From contig CAZUGT010000084.1 of the NCBI GenBank assembly GCA_964620095.1, positions 1 through 59,658 on the forward strand: DNA of 59,658 nt, given 5' to 3'. A program made the translations under genes and the position numbers. Under the pieces are notes generated by a model that saw nothing but the letters and a program-made list of their open reading frames with translations, was not told where the DNA came from and searched no databases. This stretch comes from an uncultured Rhodospirillaceae bacterium (GTDB taxonomy: Bacteria > Pseudomonadota > Alphaproteobacteria > Rhodospirillales > UBA2165). This document shows, one piece after another, positions 55,189 through 59,658 of the stretch. Within the stretch, counting starts at the first letter, position 1; every line of letters starts with the position of its first letter.

Positions 55189-55914
55189 TCAGGCCGCCTG
55201 GGGGCCCTGGTCTTCCTTCTTCGGCCCGGACAGCCTGGCCTTGAGGCGCGAGAGGTCGAACTTGATGTGCGCCCAGGTAATCATCGGCAGGGCGACCAGC
55301 AGGTCCCAGACCGCATCCCAGCCGCCGCGCAGCACCACGGGGAACATGACCCACGGCGCCGCGGTGATGATCTGGATATGCTCCTGGGTGTGGAGCCGGT
55401 CCCGGTTCCTGAGCACCTTCTCCACGTTCTTCGGGAACGACCAGTCGCAGCGGTAGATCACCTTTCCGTCCGGATTGATCACATAGATCATGTTGGGCAG
55501 GGTGCCGTACTGGTGGTGCATGGTGCCCTGGAGGTCGTCGACCAGCACGGTGCGCGGGTCCTTGTAGATTTCCATCATCTCAGCCGCCAGCTCGAGCTTC
55601 TGCTCGTCCGATTGGTGGGGGCCCAGGCGCGAGCCCGGATGGGCCTCGCGGACATAGACCAGCAGGAACTCCACGTCCGGATACTCGTCCTTGAGCCTGG
55701 CGAAGCCCTTGACGTTCTTCACGTACATGGAGCAGGTGATGGAGCCGGTCTCCAGCACCACCCACTTGCCCTTGTAGTCGTCCAGGCTCACCTCCCGGCC
55801 TTCCGGGGTGCGGACGGTGAAATTGCCGGCGGGTTCACCGGCCTTGGGTCCGTTGAACGAGCTCAGATCGTACTCGGACATCTTGTAGCGTTTGTAATTG
55901 TACGTCGTGGGCAT
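55189..55914 (-). CDS. Thioredoxin-fold (redoxin / deiodinase-like) protein with hydrophobic C-terminal segment
   Basis: Start MPTTYNYKRYKMSEYD within ORF 55189..55953. A single-Cys motif ETGSITCSMY sits at the thioredoxin-fold active-site position. The C-terminus is IITAAPWVMFPVVLRGGWDAVWDLLVALPMITWA. Confidence 0.55.
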   Translation of the reverse strand: MPTTYNYKRYKMSEYDLSSFNGPKAGEPAGNFTVRTPEGREVSLDDYKGKWVVLETGSITCSMYVKNVKGFARLKDEYPDVEFLLVYVREAHPGSRLGPHQSDEQKLELAAEMMEIYKDPRTVLVDDLQGTMHHQYGTLPNMIYVINPDGKVIYRCDWSFPKNVEKVLRNRDRLHTQEHIQIITAAPWVMFPVVLRGGWDAVWDLLVALPMITWAHIKFDLSRLKARLSGPKKEDQGPQAA

Positions 55915-56052
55915 GAATGCCTCCGTCGAAATTCCGCGGCGCGGGCCCCGCAAAACCGGTGCTTTATCCGGACCGTCTTATATAAGAGTGCGCCGGCACC
56001 GCCAAGTCAAAGGCCGATGAGAGGCAATCCACGAATGTGCAAGCTACAAATG

Positions 56053-56709
56053 TTAAGGGTCATGCCCCGGCTTGTCCGGGGCATCCATGAACTCCACCAT
56101 CGCGTCGATGGCCTCTGCCCAGTTCTGCTCCGTCGTCCGGCCCGACTTTTTGCGCGGCTCGAAGGAATGGTCGCCTTCCTCCAGCCACACCACCTCGCAG
56201 GCGTCCGACAAGGGGTAGCCCGGCACCTCCTCGACGGTCCCGAAGGGATCGCGGGTGCCCTGCAGAATTAGCGTACGGGTGAGGATTGTATCGACGTTTT
56301 GGAAGCGGGCGGCTTCCGGCTTGCCGGGCCGGTGGAAGGGAAAGCCCAGGCAGATCAGCCCGGCCACCGGATCGCCCGAGCTTTCGGCCTGGTCGGCGGC
56401 ATGGCTCGCCACCCGTCCCCCCATGGATTTGCCGCCGATGAACAGGTTTTCGGGCCCCAAGTGATTGACCACCTCCATCCACGTCTCGATCAGCACCTCG
56501 GCCCGGTCCGGCGGGCGGCGGGTGCCGTCGGCCCGCATCTTCCGCATGAAGGGAAACTCGAACCGGGCGACACGGATGCCGCGGGCGCCCAGGCTCTCGG
56601 CGAAATGATCCATGAATTCCGAATTCATGCCGATCCCCGCCCCGTGGGCGAAGGCGAAGGTGCGGCCGGCGCCGCCCGGGCCGTCGAAATGGAGCGGCGG
56701 GAGGGGCAT
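56053..56709 (-). CDS. Alpha/beta hydrolase (COG3571-like predicted hydrolase)
   Basis: 218 aa. FAHGAGIGMNSEFM...IGGKSMGGRVAS (GxSxG)...LQGTRDPFG...EGDHSF. The last ~10 codons (MDAPDKPGHDP*) are encoded by a REP-like hairpin. Confidence 0.75.
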   Translation of the reverse strand: MPLPPLHFDGPGGAGRTFAFAHGAGIGMNSEFMDHFAESLGARGIRVARFEFPFMRKMRADGTRRPPDRAEVLIETWMEVVNHLGPENLFIGGKSMGGRVASHAADQAESSGDPVAGLICLGFPFHRPGKPEAARFQNVDTILTRTLILQGTRDPFGTVEEVPGYPLSDACEVVWLEEGDHSFEPRKKSGRTTEQNWAEAIDAMVEFMDAPDKPGHDP

Positions 56710-56712
56710 CGC

Positions 56713-57561
56713 TCAGTAGGGCGCGCCGTGTCCGCCGAAGGTCACCCGGGTCATCTCCCGGTATTCCGGGAAGAAATCGTCCACCGCCGCGTGCTGGGTC
56801 GCCGAATTGTCCCACACCGCGAGGGTTCCTTCCCGCCACTTGTGCCGGTACTGAAACTCGGGCCGGGCCGGGAGGGTCAGCAGGAAGTTCAGGATGCCCC
56901 GGCTTTCCAGCCGGGGAATGCCGACGATGTGGCTGGCGAAGGCCGAGTTGACGTTGATGATCTTCCTGCCGGTCCTGGGATGGGTGCGGATCAGGGGCTG
57001 GGCGATGGGCGGGTTGGCGGTCTTGTGCTCGATGTAATGCTCGCCGCCCCGCCGGAATATCGCCTGCCGGCCGAGGAATCCCAGGTCCCAGCTGTGCACC
57101 ACCTCCAGGTCCTCCAGGTAGGCCTTCATCCCGTCCGACAGCGACTCATAGGCCGCGGTCATGCTGGCCCACATGGTGTCGCCCTTGCCCTTGGGGATCA
57201 CGCGGGAATAGAGGCTGGTGCCGCCCGGCGGCTCCGCCGCCCAGGTCAGGTCCGCGTGCCACTGCGCGGTGCCCGTCGGCGGGGTGTTCTCGTCGTTGAT
57301 GACGATCTCCACTTCCGGGTCGTCGTCCAGGTGATCGAAGAAGGTTTCGGACGGCAGGAGGGGCCCGAAAATGCGCGTCGCTTCCTTTTGGTCGTCCGGG
57401 GTCAGGTTCTGCTCCGGGAAGAAAATGACCTGATGGTCGTCGAGGGCCCGGCGAAGTTCGTCCTTTTCGCCGTCGGATATCTCCGCCGTCAGATCGACAT
57501 TGCGGATCACCGCGCCCAGGCGCGCGCCGACGGTCTCGATCTCCAGCCTGGAATTCTTCAT
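56713..57561 (-). CDS. TauD/TfdA-family Fe(II)/2-oxoglutarate dioxygenase
   Basis: 282 aa. ...QWHADLTW (HxD)...TMWASM...WDNSATQHAAVDDF...R. Confidence 0.85.
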   Translation of the reverse strand: MKNSRLEIETVGARLGAVIRNVDLTAEISDGEKDELRRALDDHQVIFFPEQNLTPDDQKEATRIFGPLLPSETFFDHLDDDPEVEIVINDENTPPTGTAQWHADLTWAAEPPGGTSLYSRVIPKGKGDTMWASMTAAYESLSDGMKAYLEDLEVVHSWDLGFLGRQAIFRRGGEHYIEHKTANPPIAQPLIRTHPRTGRKIINVNSAFASHIVGIPRLESRGILNFLLTLPARPEFQYRHKWREGTLAVWDNSATQHAAVDDFFPEYREMTRVTFGGHGAPY

Positions 57562-57674
57562 GCGGCCTCTCCCAGAATATCCGGCCGGGAGTATAGACCA
57601 ACTCGGCGGGCGAAAAACGCAATTCGTTTACGGCGCGGCCTCTCTCGCCTACGCTGGGGCCGAAGGAGAGCCCC

Positions 57675-58511
57675 ATGTCCGGCCCGATCCGCATCACCTA
57701 CGGCGATACGCCCACCAGCTACGGCGAGCTGTCGGTCCCGGACGGAACGGGACCGTTCCCCGTGGCGATGCTGCTGCACGGCGGGTGCTGGCTTGCCTCG
57801 CGCGGCGCCATGGAGGATTACCGCCTGATGGCCCGGGCGCTTTGCGGCGACGGCGTCGCGGCGTGGAACGTGGAATACAGCCGGGTGGGCCACGGTCACG
57901 GCGGCTGGCCGGGGACGTTTCTCGATCTCGGCGGCGCGCTGGATCATCTGGCGGTGCTCGCCGGCGCGCACGCACTCGACCTCGACCGCGTGGTCGTGCT
58001 GGGCCATTCGTCGGGCGGGCACTTCGGCGCCTGGCTGGCGGCGCGGCCCAAGCTGCCCGACGGCAGCGGCATCAAGGGCGCGCCGAAGGTGGCGTTGGCC
58101 GGCGCGGTGATCAACGATGCCTTCATCGATCCCCGGGTGATCGACTCGAAGGGGCTCGACGGCGAGCTCTATTGCGGCGAGCCCATCATCGAGCGGCTGA
58201 TCGGCGGCGATCCGGCGGAACGAACGGACCGCATGAAGGAAATTTCGCCCCTGGAATGGCTGCCCTGGGGCATGCCGCAGGCCTATGTGGTGAATTCCGG
58301 GCGCTATCCGGTGACCCCGTACCGGGCGCTGGCCCAGGGCCGGACGACCCTGGAGATGCCCGACTACCCGGCATTGGCGCGGGCGGCCGGCGATGCGATC
58401 GAGGTCGAGATCGTCGAGGGTGCCGATCATTTCGACTTCATAAACGAGCCGGACACCGAGGGCTTCGAGGCGGTGCGCCGGGCGGTGGTGGAGCTGGCCG
58501 GCGGGATTTAA
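57675..58511 (+). CDS. Alpha/beta hydrolase (esterase/formamidase-like, HGG and GHSSGG motifs)
   Basis: 278 aa. Contains MLLHGGCW and VVLGHSSGGHFGAW. Confidence 0.75.
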   Translation: MSGPIRITYGDTPTSYGELSVPDGTGPFPVAMLLHGGCWLASRGAMEDYRLMARALCGDGVAAWNVEYSRVGHGHGGWPGTFLDLGGALDHLAVLAGAHALDLDRVVVLGHSSGGHFGAWLAARPKLPDGSGIKGAPKVALAGAVINDAFIDPRVIDSKGLDGELYCGEPIIERLIGGDPAERTDRMKEISPLEWLPWGMPQAYVVNSGRYPVTPYRALAQGRTTLEMPDYPALARAAGDAIEVEIVEGADHFDFINEPDTEGFEAVRRAVVELAGGI

Positions 58512-58528
58512 ACAAGGGAGGGGAAGCC

Positions 58529-58945
58529 GTGGAGAAAACCTATCAGGGGGCCTGTCATTGCGGACGGGTCCGGTTCGAGCTCACCGCCGACATCGATCAC
58601 GTGCGGGTCTGCGACTGCTCCATCTGCCGCAAGCGGGGGGCGCTGCTCCACCGGGTGCCGGAGGACGCGGTCAGGCTGTTGACGCCGCTCGGCGACATGA
58701 CCCTCTATGAATGGGGTTCCGGGACCGCCAAGGATTATTTCTGCCCCGCCTGCGGCATCCTGCCGTTTCGCCGCCCGAGCATGCCCACCCAAGAGGAACT
58801 GGACGAGGGCAAGGCGCCGTTTACGGGCTGGGCGGTCAACGTCCGCTGCCTGGACGGGTTCGATATCTTCGAGGCCGAAGAGCGCCGCATCCATCGAACG
58901 GATACGGATGTGGCCGATATCCTGCCGGAGTCGCGGGGCCTTTAG
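58529..58945 (+). CDS. GFA/CENP-V-family Zn-binding protein (glutathione-dependent formaldehyde-activating enzyme family)
   Basis: 138 aa from the GTG at 58529 (RBS AAGGGAGGGG), in frame with the shadow-extended ORF 57500..58945. Contains CHCGRVRFE...CDCSICRKRG...FCPACG. Confidence 0.8.
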   Translation: MEKTYQGACHCGRVRFELTADIDHVRVCDCSICRKRGALLHRVPEDAVRLLTPLGDMTLYEWGSGTAKDYFCPACGILPFRRPSMPTQEELDEGKAPFTGWAVNVRCLDGFDIFEAEERRIHRTDTDVADILPESRGL

Positions 58946-59054
58946 ACCGTATTTCTCACCGAAAGGCCGAGTATTTGGATTGACTCCGCCGCCGAATGAT
59001 GTTCCTGTTTTGTTCAAACCCCATGAACCCGTGACCAGCCGCCAGGAGGACCAA

Positions 59055-59534
59055 ATGGCCGAGAGTTACATCAACGAGGGCATGACCGCCGTGACGCCCT
59101 GCATATTCATGGAAAATGCGGCGGACGCGATCGGCTTCTATGTGGAGAACTTCGGCGCCGAGGAGGTGCTGCGCCTGGACGGGCCCGGCGGCGGCGTCAT
59201 GCACGCCGAGATCGCCATCGGCGGCGCGCGCATCATGCTGGGCGAGGCCAATCCCGACTGGGGCACCGCGAGCCCGAAGACCCTCGAGGGCCGGCCGTCC
59301 TCCGTCTTCATCTATGTGCCCGACGTGGACGCCGTCATGAAGAAGGCGGAGGGCAACGGCGCCATGATCGTCGAGGATGCCGAGGACAGGTTTTGGGGGG
59401 ACCGGCTCGGCCGGATCATTGATCCGTTCGGCCACATGTGGGGCATCGCCACCCATGTGGAGGACGTCCCGCCCGAGGAGATGCAAAAGCGCACCGAGGC
59501 CTTGATGAAGGAAATGGCCGAGACGGGCGGTTAG
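59055..59534 (+). CDS. VOC-family protein, PhnB-like
   Basis: 159 aa from MAESYINEGMTAVTPCIFMENAADAIGFY (RBS AGGAGGA) within ORF 58707..59534. Contains MHAEIAIGGARIML...DRFWGDRLGRIIDPFGHMWGIATH. Confidence 0.8.
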   Translation: MAESYINEGMTAVTPCIFMENAADAIGFYVENFGAEEVLRLDGPGGGVMHAEIAIGGARIMLGEANPDWGTASPKTLEGRPSSVFIYVPDVDAVMKKAEGNGAMIVEDAEDRFWGDRLGRIIDPFGHMWGIATHVEDVPPEEMQKRTEALMKEMAETGG

Positions 59535-59552
59535 GCGACGGTATTTTTCATA

Positions 59553-59658
59553 TCTCCCCCACCCTCGACGCCCGGCTACTGCCGGCCGTCTCGACCTCCC
59601 CCTCCAGGGGGGAGGTAGACCAATCCATCTATTCCCTGCCCCCTTCGAGGGGAGAGGG
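59553..59658. repeat. REP-like palindromic units at the window edge (ACCTCCCCC-TCCA-GGGGGGAGGT; ...CCCCTTCGAGGGGAGAGGG)
   Basis: A palindrome at 59594-59616. The terminal unit shares the TCGA(A)GGGG(G)AGAGGG arm with 54163-54178. Confidence 0.45.

Noticed and set aside
57500-58945. 481-aa ORF spanning the hydrolase and GFA genes; likewise 24633..26096, 26234..28030, 44447..47035 and 44843..46936 as single long proteins
   Set aside because: Only the C-terminal parts show real protein-family signatures. The N-terminal extensions are out-of-frame or antisense read-through of neighbouring genes. Internal starts with an RBS or translational-coupling overlaps give canonical N-termini.

Overview
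High-GC (hand samples ~63-73% in core genes) chromosomal segment with alphaproteobacterial gene order: uvrC-pgsA-mobB-moeA-moaD-moaE, lgt-methyltransferase-pgeF, prs-rplY-pth-ychF, rpoH, a DUF1491 gene and 'PGHD'-type palindromic REP elements. Positions 1-35 kb are densely packed housekeeping genes: MscS/KefB-type channels, queA-tgt-yhhQ, a FolM-like SDR with folB, molybdopterin genes, ilvE, a MarR/OmpR/EnvZ-like module, rpoH, proC, hldD and translation factors. Non-coding features include a perfect 16-bp parS palindrome beside a 70-bp 20%-GC island upstream of uvrC, a 326-bp MITE-like insertion between ilvE and the DUF1491 gene, a 3 x 14-bp tandem repeat abutting the queA start, and putative MarR operators. 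From ~35 kb the content becomes accessory. A TacA/TacT toxin-antitoxin pair is followed by a cluster with no regulator gene (38.1-51.1 kb), arranged as two divergent operons: a TRAP importer, a gentisate-dioxygenase-like bicupin, a luciferase-like oxygenase, a HIBADH-type reductase, three of the window's four catalytic-domain-only MetE-like proteins, an esterase, a tandem-YciI protein and a leaderless arylsulfotransferase-family propeller. I consider this cluster the best candidate for an undescribed catabolic or methyl-transfer system, but its function is inference only. Positions 51-59.6 kb are a patchwork of small detoxification and scavenging enzymes with REP elements. I found no rRNA, tRNA, CRISPR array, integrase or prophage. 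Many long ORFs in the track are antisense shadow ORFs typical of high-GC DNA and were not called.
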